Part shown: in pieces, positions 29,997 through 40,029 of the stretch | Position numbering within the stretch: the first letter of the stretch is position 1 | Layout: each line of letters starts with the position of its first letter | Origin: an uncultured Candidatus Saccharibacteria bacterium | GTDB lineage: Bacteria > Patescibacteriota > Dojkabacteria > J137 | Assembly: GCA_964607415.1 (NCBI GenBank) | Contig: CAZSKK010000003.1 | Location: 3,693 to 67,692, forward strand | DNA: 64,000 nt | Direction of reading: 5' to 3' | Position numbers and translations under genes: made by a program | Notes under the pieces: model-generated | What the model was told of the DNA's origin: nothing | The model's input: the letters and a program-made list of their open reading frames with translations, nothing else | Databases searched by the model: none

Positions 29997-30767
29997 TTGT
30001 ATTACACTACAAAAATGGTTGAAAAAGCTGATAATAAAATCAAATTCTCTGTTGTCGTCCCTGTCTTAAACGAAGAAAAATTCATTGCAAAATTTCTTCA
30101 ATCAATGAATAACCAAACTCAAAAAAACTTTGAAGTAATTATTGTTGATAATGGTAGTACAGATAAAACTCTGGAAATACTTGAAGCAGAAGAAAATAAC
30201 ATAAATTATGACTTACGAATTGAGCATTGCACAGAAAGAGGGATAAGTTACGCAAGAAACTTTGGCGCCAAAAAAGCAAAGTACGATTATGTAGTTTTTT
30301 TTGACGCAGACAGTAAACCCAAGTCTGACTGGATTGAATTAGCAACTAAACTTTTTGAAAAAGATAAAAGAACTAAAGTTCTTGGTGGAGTAGTAGCCTA
30401 TAGTTATAAAACACCTTGGCAGATGATTTATTACAATGGTTATACAGTAGTTGTGTTTGGATATTTATATCTTTCCAAATTAATTTACGGCAAATGTACA
30501 ATTCCTGGAAACTGCATGGCAATAAAGAAAGATTTCTTTTTTAAAGTAGGTGCTTTTCCTCATTTGATTGCCGAAGACTTAGCATTTTCTGCAAATGCAT
30601 ATAAATATATGAAAGATAGAATTGAATATGTATTTAGTTTAAATCTAATTGTACAGGCTTCATCCAGAAGATTTGAAAAGCGTGGAATGTTCAGAACAAT
30701 CTTTTTGGAACAACTTGCAGGCTACAAACTTCGAAAAAATTCTAGAGAGTACAAGATTTATAGATAG
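29997..30767 (+). CDS. Family 2 glycosyltransferase
   Basis: The GT2 motifs are FSVVVPVLNEEKFI, EVIIVDNGSTDKT and FFDADS. An alternative start lies at 30015. Confidence 0.8.
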   Translation: MYYTTKMVEKADNKIKFSVVVPVLNEEKFIAKFLQSMNNQTQKNFEVIIVDNGSTDKTLEILEAEENNINYDLRIEHCTERGISYARNFGAKKAKYDYVVFFDADSKPKSDWIELATKLFEKDKRTKVLGGVVAYSYKTPWQMIYYNGYTVVVFGYLYLSKLIYGKCTIPGNCMAIKKDFFFKVGAFPHLIAEDLAFSANAYKYMKDRIEYVFSLNLIVQASSRRFEKRGMFRTIFLEQLAGYKLRKNSREYKIYR

Positions 30768-31015
30768 AATCACTAATGACCCCAAAATATCTTTGCGAGC
30801 AAAACGAAGCAAACTCTTTAAAGTAAAGTATTAATTAATGAGATTGCTTATTGCTTTGCCCTGATAAATCGTAACTCGCAGTGACTCAAGCTCATAAACA
30901 CGTGAACACTAAAACTCGCAAACCCATTAACTCCCCCCAACACGAAAACCCTTAAATGATGTATAATTTCAGTCAGCAGATAGCAAATAGACCTCACCCG
31001 ATTCGCTACGCTCAT

Positions 31016-31070
31016 CACCCTCTCCTTAAGGAGAGGGAAATCCGAGCTTGCAAGGATGGGGTGAGGTATT
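31016..31070. repeat. GC-rich palindromic repeat, family A (CCCTCTCCTTAAGGAGAGGG ... TCCGAGCTTG ... GGTGAGG). This is the intergenic copy upstream of lepA.
   Basis: It is about 85% identical to 31378-31443 inside lepA. Related hairpins lie at 33176-33191, 43303-43328 and 51402-51420. Confidence 0.7.
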
Positions 31071-31164
31071 ACTAAATCTTAAATCCCTGCCTGCGTGCCG
31101 AGCACTGCGACAGGCAGGTTGAATCATCAATCTTAATTCTGAACGATCAACAATTGTCTAACTT

Positions 31165-33126
31165 ATGAACCAAACAAGAATCCGCAACTTTTGCATAATC
31201 GCCCATATCGACCATGGTAAATCAACCTTGGCCGATAGACTTATTGAATATACCGGTGCATTATCAACCAGAGAAATGAAAGATAGAGTTTTGGATACAT
31301 TAGAACTTGAACAAGAAAGAGGCATTACAATTAAACTACAAACCGCAAGGTTGGAATACAAGTATAGCCCTACTCATAAAGGAGGCCCTCTCCTTGCAGG
31401 AGAGGGTGGCTCCGAGCTTGTCGAGGAGCCGGGTGAGGCTACTTACCACCTAAACCTTATCGATACCCCTGGCCATGTAGACTTTAGCTACGAAGTTTCA
31501 AGATCAGTTGCAGCTTCTGAGGGAGCATTAATACTTATTGATGCATCGCAAGGAATTCAAGCACAAACTTTGACTACTGTTTACAAAGCAATGGAGTATG
31601 ACTTAAAACTTATTCCAGTTTTAAATAAAGTTGATCTTCCCAATGCAGAAGTTGATAGAGTACGCCAGGAAGTTATGGAAACATTTGGTTTTAAAGAAGA
31701 AGAAATCATTTTAGCTTCAGGGAAATCTGGAATTGGTGTCAAAGATATTTTGGACGCAATCGTAGAAAGAGTTCCAGCGCCAAATAAACATAATTCCTTG
31801 ATATACACTTACGATCAGGATGAAACCATTACAAAAGGCTTAATTTTTGATGCTTTTTATCACGAGTATAAAGGCGTTGTAGCTTTAACAAAAATTGTTT
31901 CAGGAAATATTAAAAAAGGCCAAAAGCTTTATTTAACTGGAACCAACAAGCTTGTTGATCCTATTGAAATTGGTTATCTTTCACCAAAAATGAAAGAAAC
32001 AAACGCAATCTTTGAAGGAGAAGTAGGCTATATTGCAACAGGGCTAAAAAGCATTGGTGATGTGCATACTGGAGATACAATCACTCTTGCTAAGCCAGAC
32101 GGTAGTCATAAAAAAATTAAGCCTTTAGAAGGCTATCAACCACCCAAGCCTATGGTTTACGCAAGTCTTTATCCTGTTGAAGCTAACGATTATCCCCAAT
32201 TTAAAGAAGCTTTGGAAAAATTGTCTTTAAACGATGCGGCGCTCACTTATCAAAAAGAATATTCTGCAGCTTTGGGAACTGGATATGTTTGCGGTTTTTT
32301 GGGCTTACTTCATTTGGAGATAACACAAGATAGATTAGAGCGAGAATTTGGAATAAATTTAATTAGCACAACGCCAACAGTTGAGTTTCAAATAAAGCTT
32401 ACAACCAAAGATTATTCAAAAGTGCCAAACATAAACGTTGCAAATATCGATGAACAAACTAATATTGCAACAATAAGAACTGCAGCAGAATTTCCAGATG
32501 GAAGTCTTTTTTCTGAAGTTTATGAACCTTGGGTGAAAATTGAAATTGTAACACCAGAAGAATACATAGGAGGAATTATGGAGCTTGCACAAAAAAATCG
32601 AGGAATTTATAGAACTATGAGCTTTTTATCTAAAAACTCTACTGGTCAAAAACATGCAATAATCACTTATGAAATTCCTACAGTTGAAATGATTGTGAAT
32701 TTTTTTGATAAATTAAAATCAATTAGTCACGGTTACGCATCAATGGACTATTCATTTTTAGAATATAGAAAAGGTGACATTGCCAAAGTTTCAATAATGG
32801 TAAATTCTGAACCTGTAGAGGCGCTATCTTTTATTTGCCACAAGGAAAGTGCAGTTAGAAGAGGAAAACTTATGGTAGAAAAACTACAGGAAATCATTCC
32901 AAGACAACAATTTAAGATTCCAATTCAAGCTGCAATTGGAGGACAAATTATTGCCCGTAAAGACATAAACGCATTTAAAAAAGATGTTACATCCAAGCTT
33001 TACGGTGGTGATGTAACAAGAAAAATGAAACTTTTAGAAAAGCAAAAGAAAGGTAAGAAAAAATTAAAGATGATTGGAAACGTTGAAATTCCAAAGGAGG
33101 CGTTCTTAGCCGCACTTAAAGACTAA
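31165..33126 (+). CDS. lepA: Elongation factor 4 (LepA). It carries an in-frame insertion of about 21 aa derived from a repeat element.
   Basis: The G1 and G3 motifs are IIAHIDHGKSTL and DTPGHVDFSYEVSRS. The full LepA C-terminal domain is present. The insertion SPTHKGGPLLAGEGGSELVEEPGEA at 31378-31443 is GC-rich and homologous to the intergenic repeat. Confidence 0.9.
   Translation: MNQTRIRNFCIIAHIDHGKSTLADRLIEYTGALSTREMKDRVLDTLELEQERGITIKLQTARLEYKYSPTHKGGPLLAGEGGSELVEEPGEATYHLNLIDTPGHVDFSYEVSRSVAASEGALILIDASQGIQAQTLTTVYKAMEYDLKLIPVLNKVDLPNAEVDRVRQEVMETFGFKEEEIILASGKSGIGVKDILDAIVERVPAPNKHNSLIYTYDQDETITKGLIFDAFYHEYKGVVALTKIVSGNIKKGQKLYLTGTNKLVDPIEIGYLSPKMKETNAIFEGEVGYIATGLKSIGDVHTGDTITLAKPDGSHKKIKPLEGYQPPKPMVYASLYPVEANDYPQFKEALEKLSLNDAALTYQKEYSAALGTGYVCGFLGLLHLEITQDRLEREFGINLISTTPTVEFQIKLTTKDYSKVPNINVANIDEQTNIATIRTAAEFPDGSLFSEVYEPWVKIEIVTPEEYIGGIMELAQKNRGIYRTMSFLSKNSTGQKHAIITYEIPTVEMIVNFFDKLKSISHGYASMDYSFLEYRKGDIAKVSIMVNSEPVEALSFICHKESAVRRGKLMVEKLQEIIPRQQFKIPIQAAIGGQIIARKDINAFKKDVTSKLYGGDVTRKMKLLEKQKKGKKKLKMIGNVEIPKEAFLAALKD
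31378..31443. repeat. Family A palindromic repeat inserted in frame within the lepA coding sequence
   Basis: The sequence is ggcCCTCTCCTTgcAGGAGAGGGtggcTCCGAGCTTGtcgAGGAgccgGGTGAGG. The local GC is far above that of the gene. The reading frame is preserved. Confidence 0.7.
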
Positions 33127-33194
33127 CACGTAAGACGTTAGATGTATGACGTTTGACGAATCAAATTAATTATTTCCCCTCTTGAGAGGGGAAG

Positions 33195-33215
33195 AAAAAG
33201 CATACCATGCTTTTT
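33195..33215 (+). terminator. Rho-independent terminator after lepA (AAAAAGCAT-ACC-ATGCTTTTT). It is preceded by the family A hairpin CCCCTCTTGAGAGGGG at 33176-33191.
   Basis: It has a 9-bp stem including an A/T run, which makes it bidirectional-capable. It lies about 70 nt after the lepA stop. Confidence 0.55.
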
Positions 33216-33273
33216 AAGGGGAGTGACATAAGAATAGGAAATTCGATTACACAAAACTCATTACTCACAACTC

Positions 33274-34365
33274 ATGACCTTTTTCGAACTTAAAAACAAA
33301 ATTGAAGAAATCTCCAAAAGATTTGAACAAATCAAATCTAAAAAAGATCTTGCTAAACTTGAAAACCAAATAATTGATTTGGAAAAAGAATCTCAAACTT
33401 CTGAATTTTGGTCCGATCAGCAAAAGGCACAAGGTGTTATGCAAAACCTTGGTGATTTAAAAAAGGAAGTTGAAGAAGTAAAATCATTAGAATTAAGAGT
33501 TAAAGATACAGTTTCATTGGCCAACGAAATTTCAGAAAGTGATACCGAAATGGTTGAGCTTTTGGCATCTGAAAGTGAAAAATTAGAAAAGGATTTGGAA
33601 AAAGTTGAACTTACAACATTTTTATCTGGGAAATTTGATCATTGTAATGCAATTTTAAGTATTCATGCAGGGCAGGGTGGAACTGAAGCAATGGATTGGA
33701 CTTCAATGCTCCTTAGAATGTATGTAAGATATTGTAATAGTATAGGCTGGAAAGTTGAAGTCTTAGATCAAGTAGCTGGTGCAGAAGCAGGTTTGCAAAG
33801 TGTTTCTTTAGAGATCAAAGGTCGTAATGCTTATGGATATTTAAAACACGAACATGGCACACATAGACTTGTTCGAATTTCTCCATTTAATGCACAAGGC
33901 TTGAGGCAAACTTCTTTTGCTGGTGTAGAAGTAACTCCAGTTGTAGAAGAAGACATTGATTTTGAAGTTAAAGAAGAAGAAATTGAATTTCACGCAGTGC
34001 GAAGTAGTGGCGCAGGTGGGCAAAACGTAAATAAAGTTTCTTCAAAAGTAAGGCTTGTACACAAGCCTACTGGAATTGCAGTGGAATCTTCAGCACAACG
34101 AACCCAACATCAAAACCGAGAAACTGCTTTAAGAATGCTAAAAGCAAAACTTTACGAAATTGAAGAAGCAAAAAAGAATGCTGAGCTTTCAAAAGAAAAA
34201 GGTGAATATAAAGTTGCAGGCTGGGGAAATCAAATTAGAAACTACGTTCTTCAACCATATAAACTTGTTAAAGATTTAAGAACTGATGTAGAAACTTCTC
34301 AAGCAGATAATGTTTTAGATGGAGATTTACAACAGTTCATTGATGCTGAAGTTCGGATGCTCTAA
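33274..34365 (+). CDS. prfB: Peptide chain release factor 2, encoded in a single frame with no programmed +1 frameshift
   Basis: The SPF tripeptide (RF2-specific) and GGQ (SGAGGQNVNKV) are present. The protein is colinear with E. coli RF2 from the N-terminus to the C-terminus. Confidence 0.9.
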   Translation: MTFFELKNKIEEISKRFEQIKSKKDLAKLENQIIDLEKESQTSEFWSDQQKAQGVMQNLGDLKKEVEEVKSLELRVKDTVSLANEISESDTEMVELLASESEKLEKDLEKVELTTFLSGKFDHCNAILSIHAGQGGTEAMDWTSMLLRMYVRYCNSIGWKVEVLDQVAGAEAGLQSVSLEIKGRNAYGYLKHEHGTHRLVRISPFNAQGLRQTSFAGVEVTPVVEEDIDFEVKEEEIEFHAVRSSGAGGQNVNKVSSKVRLVHKPTGIAVESSAQRTQHQNRETALRMLKAKLYEIEEAKKNAELSKEKGEYKVAGWGNQIRNYVLQPYKLVKDLRTDVETSQADNVLDGDLQQFIDAEVRML

Positions 34366-34702
34366 AGGTATATTTTTTTATGAAAAAGCCAGTATCCCGT
34401 TTATCTTCATAACCTAAATACTTAAGAATTTCACAAACACTTTTTTTCTCACTCTCACCTAAATTATATCCACAACTAATTGTGTGGTTAAATTCTATTT
34501 CTGGCCACGATTTTAACAAAGGAGCAATACTAATTCCTATCTGTTCTGGTATTCTTTTTATTTTATCCTCATTGATTTCTATCACAACCGTATTAGCTTC
34601 GTAAACAGCTTTATCTTTATCTCTAACTGTATGGTCTCTTTCTACTTGAGTTTCAAAAATTTTGCTAGATGAATCCTCTGGTTTTAATATGTCGCTAAAC
34701 AT
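34337..34702 (-). CDS. Hypothetical protein (121 aa)
   Basis: The ORF is convergent with prfB and overlaps its 3' end by 29 nt. There is no recognisable motif. It fills an otherwise uncoded gap. Confidence 0.35.
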   Translation of the reverse strand: MFSDILKPEDSSSKIFETQVERDHTVRDKDKAVYEANTVVIEINEDKIKRIPEQIGISIAPLLKSWPEIEFNHTISCGYNLGESEKKSVCEILKYLGYEDKRDTGFFIKKYTFRASELQHQ

Positions 34703-34829
34703 GGAATGACGATTCCAGTACTCGGAATCATTAACAAATTATGCAGGTATTATAAAATAAACTAACACCTAACACCAGTAGTTTTTATGAAATTGTAATT
34801 AAAGAGGATTTGTTGACTTGGAAAAGAAT

Positions 34830-35507
34830 TTAAACAGTTCCCAACTTTACAGGATCGAAGATGAATCCTGGTATTATTTCTTCTTCAAATTCATCCATTC
34901 CTTTTCTTTCAACAACTCTCAAATTCATATCTGTTGTAGGGCAAACAAGCCTGCCGCCATCGATCTTTAGTTGTTTTTTTAATTCTTCTGGAACAGTTTC
35001 TAATGCAAAGCTAACATGAATTCCGTCAAAAGGTGCCTTGGAAACTAGCCCTTGCGATCCATCTCTATATAAGAAACTAACATTTCTTACTTCTGGATAT
35101 TTATTCGCATTTTGCCTTGCCTGTTCCCAAAGCCACTGAATCCTTTCCATTGTAAAAACAGATCCTGTACTACCTGCAATAAAACCTAGAGTTAATGCAA
35201 CATAACCAGCACCTGTTCCTAAATCCAAATATTTTCCACCAACTCTTGGCTTTAATAATGAAATCATTTGAGCAATAATTGTTGGTTTATTGATTTTTTC
35301 CCCATATCCAATATCCAATTCAATATCCATGTAAGATTTAGGCTGTAAAGTTTCAGGAACAAAATCTTTTCTATCAATTTTAAGAAGAGCATTGATTATT
35401 ATTGGGTCTGTAACAATTGGATTAACACCTGTGCTCACAACTTTTACAAGGTATTCTTTACTCCAGGCAAACATTTTTCCAGAACCAAGTGAGTTTATGT
35501 CAATCAT
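34830..35507 (-). CDS. pcm: Protein-L-isoaspartate O-methyltransferase
   Basis: The motifs are RKDFVPE, GEKINKPTIIAQMISLL and YLDLGTGAGYVALTL, which are SAM-binding motif I and PCMT pre- and post-regions. Confidence 0.75.
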   Translation of the reverse strand: MIDINSLGSGKMFAWSKEYLVKVVSTGVNPIVTDPIIINALLKIDRKDFVPETLQPKSYMDIELDIGYGEKINKPTIIAQMISLLKPRVGGKYLDLGTGAGYVALTLGFIAGSTGSVFTMERIQWLWEQARQNANKYPEVRNVSFLYRDGSQGLVSKAPFDGIHVSFALETVPEELKKQLKIDGGRLVCPTTDMNLRVVERKGMDEFEEEIIPGFIFDPVKLGTV

Positions 35508-35532
35508 ACAATTAGTTATAAGTATAATGAGT

Positions 35533-35582
35533 ACTATCAGCTATCAGCTATCACAGCTATCAGCTATCACAGCTATCAGCTA
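35533..35582. repeat. Tandem heptamer microsatellite (AGCTATC / AGCTATCAC)n immediately upstream of the pcm start
   Basis: The sequence is cagctatcagctatcacagctatcagctatcacagctatcagc. Related GCTATCAGCTAT-type tracts lie at 29519-29548, 29925-29955, 42505-42552 and 55375-55400, all in 5' regions. Confidence 0.7.
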
Positions 35583-35747
35583 AAATCATTCTAAAGCTAA
35601 TCGCAGCACTCAGCAACCCCGAGACAGCATATTATGCTGTCGAGTGAAGCTACATATATTTTGACGCTACACTCAAATGCACAATGTGCGTTTTAGGAGA
35701 AGGCGCGTAGCACCTAGGTGGGTTATTCGTGCTAAAATTACTTTTGT

Positions 35748-36647
35748 ATGTCAAAGATTTCACTTCCCAAAAACTATATGGGCTTCGTTTACCAAATAAT
35801 ACGCCCTACAGGCCTTTTAGATCCTATTGTGGAGATTAGGCCAACAATGCCAGAAAACCTAGATAAATTACAGGCTGAACTTAGAAAAAACGGCTACGAA
35901 GACATGCCAGCATATAAGGCAACAAGTTGGATAAATCCTCAAATTCCCAATCTTATAATTGAAATCGAAGCAAATATCAAAAAAGGCGAAAGAGTTTTGG
36001 TTACTACCCTAACTAAAAGAATGGCGGAAGAACTTTCGGATTATCTTTCAGAACGGCATATTTCTAGTAAATACATCCATTCGGACATAGATACAATTGA
36101 ACGTGTTGAAATCTTAAGAGATTTAAGAAAAGGTCTTTATGATGTTGTAGTAGGAATTAATCTTTTAAGAGAAGGATTAGATTTGCCCGAAGTGTCCTTA
36201 ATTGCAATTTTGGATGCAGACAAAGAAGGTTTTTTAAGATCCAGTACTAGTTTAATTCAAACTATCGGAAGAGCAGCAAGGCACGTAAACGGAAGAGTTA
36301 TTATGTATGCTGATAAAGTGACAGATTCAATGAAATTTGCAATTGATGAAACCAGAAGAAGAAGAGCGGTTCAGGAGAAATACAATACCGATCATGGTAT
36401 TAATCCTAAATCTATTATCAAAGAAATTAAAGATCAGCTTGAAAGGACTAAGAAAGAAGAGCACGAAGAAGAAGAGGTTAAAAACTGGCACAAAAAAGCA
36501 GAAAGTTTTAAGGCTATGACTAAAAAAGATCAGAAAAAATTTATTAAAGAATTAAAATTTGAAATGCAGATTTTGGCGGATTTGATGGAATTTGAAAAAG
36601 CTGCTGAAATTAGAGATATTATTGTGGAGCTGGAAGGGAAGGGTTAG
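35748..36647 (+). pseudogene. uvrB: uvrB C-terminal fragment (helicase domain 2 plus UVR domain only; about 400 N-terminal residues missing)
   Basis: It aligns colinearly with E. coli UvrB from RPTGLLDP onward. The matching motifs are [63 protein letters not shown] and QTIGRAARH, plus the C-terminal UVR coiled coil. The upstream 240 bp are repeat-filled and non-coding. Confidence 0.7.
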
Positions 36648-38575
36648 GATTCTTCCAGATAATCATCTGGGCTCAATACAAATCCATCCCTAATCAATGA
36701 TTCAACTAATTGATCGAGTCGTCCTAGCTGGCTTGGTTCTCGATAAGTAGCCACTTGCTCTTTTTCTATATTGCCTTTTCTTTTATTAACCTTCAGTTTT
36801 ATTGAATTCAAAGTTTTTTCAAGTAATTGGGCAGCCTCAATCACAACTTGTATCTCTTTTGATTTGTTCTGATACAAACTAGGATCTAATTCCTGTAAAA
36901 GAGTTACTAGCTCTTGAAGAGTAGTAAATTCTTTAGCTCTTTCATCACTGACTTCTTCATATGCCTGACGACTCTTAACTATATTTTCAATATCTCTTAC
37001 AAGAAGGGTAACTACAAAAGTTCTAATATTATTATAATCTTCGTTAATTTTATTGTAATCAAAGAAAATTGTCGACCAATTAGGCTTAACATTATTAGCT
37101 TTTGCTTTTTCTAACATCCGTTGCTCAGCAAAGTCAATTAATGCTGGATAAGCTTGATAAGTAGCTATAAAAGATTGCATAATTGTTGGAAGAAATTTAA
37201 CGCTTGGCAAAGCTCCAAATTTAGATTCAAGGCTAATAGTAGAAAGTGGAAATGGCTGAAACTGTTTTTGTCCTACTTGCTTTGGGTTTCTTCTACCTTT
37301 ATCTATAGCTTCTGCTGAAAGTATAATCGAGCAAAAAGACATAAGTTCACCTGCTTTAGCACTAATTAAGTTAAATCCATGTTCTGTCATTACCTCCATG
37401 ATTAAAGGGTTTTCAACAGCCATACATAATAGATTCTGTATCCCTTCTTGCAAATCTGCATAACTTATTGTTAAATTTGAATCAGTTAATAAATTATTGA
37501 TCACTTCCTCAGGTCTCAAGGATAAATTTGCTGATTCAATACAGATTTTTAATGCAAGCGCCATGTTAACAGCTGGGTCAGGTTTTGAACTTTCAATAGA
37601 TGTACCTAATGTAAAGTTCTCAGCACCAAAAATTCCCCTTACTTGATATATTTTAAGATCAGGAAAAGATGCTATATTTTCCTTATTTAGATTATATATA
37701 GGCAAAAAACTCTTACCTACAAAGTATTGTGTATGAAAGTATAGACGAGTCTTTTGATTGACCAGCAAATCCGCAGTACTTACCTGATCAATATTTTCTA
37801 ATAAACTATTTAAGCTAAATACTCTAGAAGGTAAGTAAGCTAAGTGGAGAGCTTTATTTTCGCTTTCTGATAGAAGTTCAGGGGGGAGACCTAACCTTTC
37901 TAAAAGTCTAATATTGTGGCTTGTTGGATTTTCAAGATTAACTCTTCTAATTATAGGATCTAAGTCCGTATTTACCCTAACTGGATAGCTAATGCTTCTA
38001 AGAACGTCGTATGGTAAGTGCTTTCTACTATATAATGAATCTGCTAAATCACTTGGTTTCACTACCTGTCTTAAAATATATTTTTGTGATCGTTCATCAA
38101 TATAAGGTAAATTTTTTAATATTTGTACTCCTATTAAATCTTCATGATACGGATAATCTACATCACCTTCAACAATGAGTGTAAGTGCATTCATAATTGA
38201 TTTCATTTTTATACCTCTCGCAATGACCAAATTAGCTTTGTATCGAATAATGTCTTTCCCTTCTTTAAGGAGTCTCTCAGTTTCTCGATTAGAGTAATCT
38301 GGATCCAAAATAACTCTTGCTTCTTTTGTTACCTGAAAAGTACTTGTCAATTCTCTGAGATCTTCAAAATTTGCTGATGAATGAAACGCCTTAAGAACTT
38401 GGAAGTTAGAAAAATCATTTAGCTTAACCAGCAATTGCATAACTAGCTCATAGTCGTACATTAATCGCTCTGTATTTACAAAAATTTTAATTAAATCTTC
38501 TGCAGTCTGCTGCAATTCTTCAGGAATTTCAAATTGTGGTTCTTCTTGCGGTGATTGATTCGCCATAGAAAACAA
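36644..38575 (-). CDS. Hypothetical protein (643 aa)
   Basis: It is a long uninterrupted ORF with coding-like composition. There is no recognisable domain. It overlaps the uvrB fragment stop by 4 nt. Confidence 0.5.
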   Translation of the reverse strand: MFSMANQSPQEEPQFEIPEELQQTAEDLIKIFVNTERLMYDYELVMQLLVKLNDFSNFQVLKAFHSSANFEDLRELTSTFQVTKEARVILDPDYSNRETERLLKEGKDIIRYKANLVIARGIKMKSIMNALTLIVEGDVDYPYHEDLIGVQILKNLPYIDERSQKYILRQVVKPSDLADSLYSRKHLPYDVLRSISYPVRVNTDLDPIIRRVNLENPTSHNIRLLERLGLPPELLSESENKALHLAYLPSRVFSLNSLLENIDQVSTADLLVNQKTRLYFHTQYFVGKSFLPIYNLNKENIASFPDLKIYQVRGIFGAENFTLGTSIESSKPDPAVNMALALKICIESANLSLRPEEVINNLLTDSNLTISYADLQEGIQNLLCMAVENPLIMEVMTEHGFNLISAKAGELMSFCSIILSAEAIDKGRRNPKQVGQKQFQPFPLSTISLESKFGALPSVKFLPTIMQSFIATYQAYPALIDFAEQRMLEKAKANNVKPNWSTIFFDYNKINEDYNNIRTFVVTLLVRDIENIVKSRQAYEEVSDERAKEFTTLQELVTLLQELDPSLYQNKSKEIQVVIEAAQLLEKTLNSIKLKVNKRKGNIEKEQVATYREPSQLGRLDQLVESLIRDGFVLSPDDYLEES

Positions 38576-38762
38576 TTCTAATATATATTCGCTATATTTG
38601 TCAACCTAGAAGCGTTATAGAGTTTACGAGTTTAAGAGTGGCGTGTTTAAGCATTTAGAAGTTTGAGTCGCGCCGTGAATAAACCTCCAACTTCTAATCT
38701 CTAGCATCTGATCTCTGGCTTCTAATTTCTGACTTCAGATCTCTAATGATATAATTCTCTTT

Positions 38763-39842
38763 GTGAAAAACGAAACAAAAAAACAAAAAGTATTTGTAGC
38801 GTTATCAGGCGGAGTAGATTCTGCTGTGTCTGCAGCGCTATTAGTAGAGCAGGGCTATGACGTAACAGGAGTTTATATGAAAAACTGGTCTGGCGATGAA
38901 TTTGGAATTCAAGCAGACTGTCCATGGGAAACTGATCAAGCCGATGCAGAGGCAGTTTGTAAACACCTAGGGATCCCATTTAGATCTTTTAATTTTGAAA
39001 AGCAATATAGGCAAAAAGTTGTAGAATACTTTTTTAGCGAATACGAAAAAGGCAGAACTCCAAATCCTGATGTAATGTGCAACAAAGAAATTAAATTCAA
39101 ATTATTTTTAGATAAAGCAATTATCGAGGGTGCAGATTTAATTGCAACTGGGCATTACGCAAGACACACCGGTGACGAACTACACATTGGCCTTGATCCA
39201 AACAAAAATCAAGTCTATTTTCTTTACAATATAACCCAAGAGCAATTGAGCAAAACCTTGTTTCCTATTGGACATTTAACTAAACCTGAAGTTAGAGAAC
39301 TTGCTAAAAAATATAATCTGCCCAATGCAAATAAACCTGATAGTCAAGGGATTTGCTTTATTGGAGAAATTAATGTTTTAAAATTCTTAATGTCTAGAAT
39401 TCCAGAAAAAAAAGGAGAAATACAAGATTTTGATACAAAAAAAGTTGTAGGTGAACATAAAGGTGTTTACTTTTACACAATTGGTCAACGTGAAGGAATT
39501 GGAGTTGGAGGTCAGAGTGAGCCTTATTATGTTGTGGATAAAGATTTCGAAAAAAACATTCTCTATGTGGGACATGGGCACAACCACCCGCAGATGTTCA
39601 AAAAAGAAGTTATACTTGAAACTATTCATTGGATAAACCAAGAACCTAAAGATTTTGATAACTTGCAGGCAGTTGTGAGGTATAGGCAGAAACCTTTAAA
39701 CGGTAAATTTGAATTACGAATTACTAATTACGAAAAAACACCTGTATTCATTTTTGATGAGCCGGTTAGAGCTGCAACAAGTGGACAGAGTTTAGTAATT
39801 TTTGATGGAGAGGTGGTGCTTGGAGGAGGAATTATCAAATAA
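38763..39842 (+). CDS. mnmA: tRNA-specific 2-thiouridylase MnmA
   Basis: The PP-loop is VFVALSGGVDSAVSA. Motifs RTPNPDVMCNKEIKF and DSQGICFIGE are present. The protein is colinear with E. coli MnmA. Confidence 0.9.
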   Translation: MKNETKKQKVFVALSGGVDSAVSAALLVEQGYDVTGVYMKNWSGDEFGIQADCPWETDQADAEAVCKHLGIPFRSFNFEKQYRQKVVEYFFSEYEKGRTPNPDVMCNKEIKFKLFLDKAIIEGADLIATGHYARHTGDELHIGLDPNKNQVYFLYNITQEQLSKTLFPIGHLTKPEVRELAKKYNLPNANKPDSQGICFIGEINVLKFLMSRIPEKKGEIQDFDTKKVVGEHKGVYFYTIGQREGIGVGGQSEPYYVVDKDFEKNILYVGHGHNHPQMFKKEVILETIHWINQEPKDFDNLQAVVRYRQKPLNGKFELRITNYEKTPVFIFDEPVRAATSGQSLVIFDGEVVLGGGIIK

Positions 39843-39903
39843 CCACTCAGGCTAAAGCCACCTCCACTTTAATTAAAGTGGAGGAAGGGAGGGTTATTTC
39901 ATT
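39841..39903. repeat. MITE-like repeat, family B (AACC..TCC ... CCTCCACTTTAATTAAAGTGGAGG ... GGGAGGGTTATT)
   Basis: The same architecture is found at 54437-54513 and 60317-60380, with a longer variant at 58631-58757. It has terminal inverted repeats (AACCCCTCC / GGAGGGGTT) and a central perfect hairpin. Confidence 0.65.
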
Positions 39904-40029
39904 CGTCATTTCTATAGGTCATTGCTTAAACAATTCATTCTTAATATAATTAAGTAATGAACTTGATTCTTGCTTCTTATTTTATTCCTGAATCTTGAAT
40001 CTAAAATCTTAATTCTTAAATCTTTTTAT

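Noticed and set aside
30770-31164. SRP RNA, RNase P RNA or tmRNA in the long GC-richer intergenic region before lepA
   Set aside because: I found no conserved core motifs (GGAAGCAGC of 4.5S, the GGAAAGTCCGG P4 region of RNase P, or a tmRNA tag reading frame). The GC-rich content is explained by repeat-family hairpins.
35533-35582. Tandem AGCTATC repeats considered as a possible CRISPR array
   Set aside because: The units are contiguous 7-9-mers with no spacers. No cas genes are nearby. It is a microsatellite.
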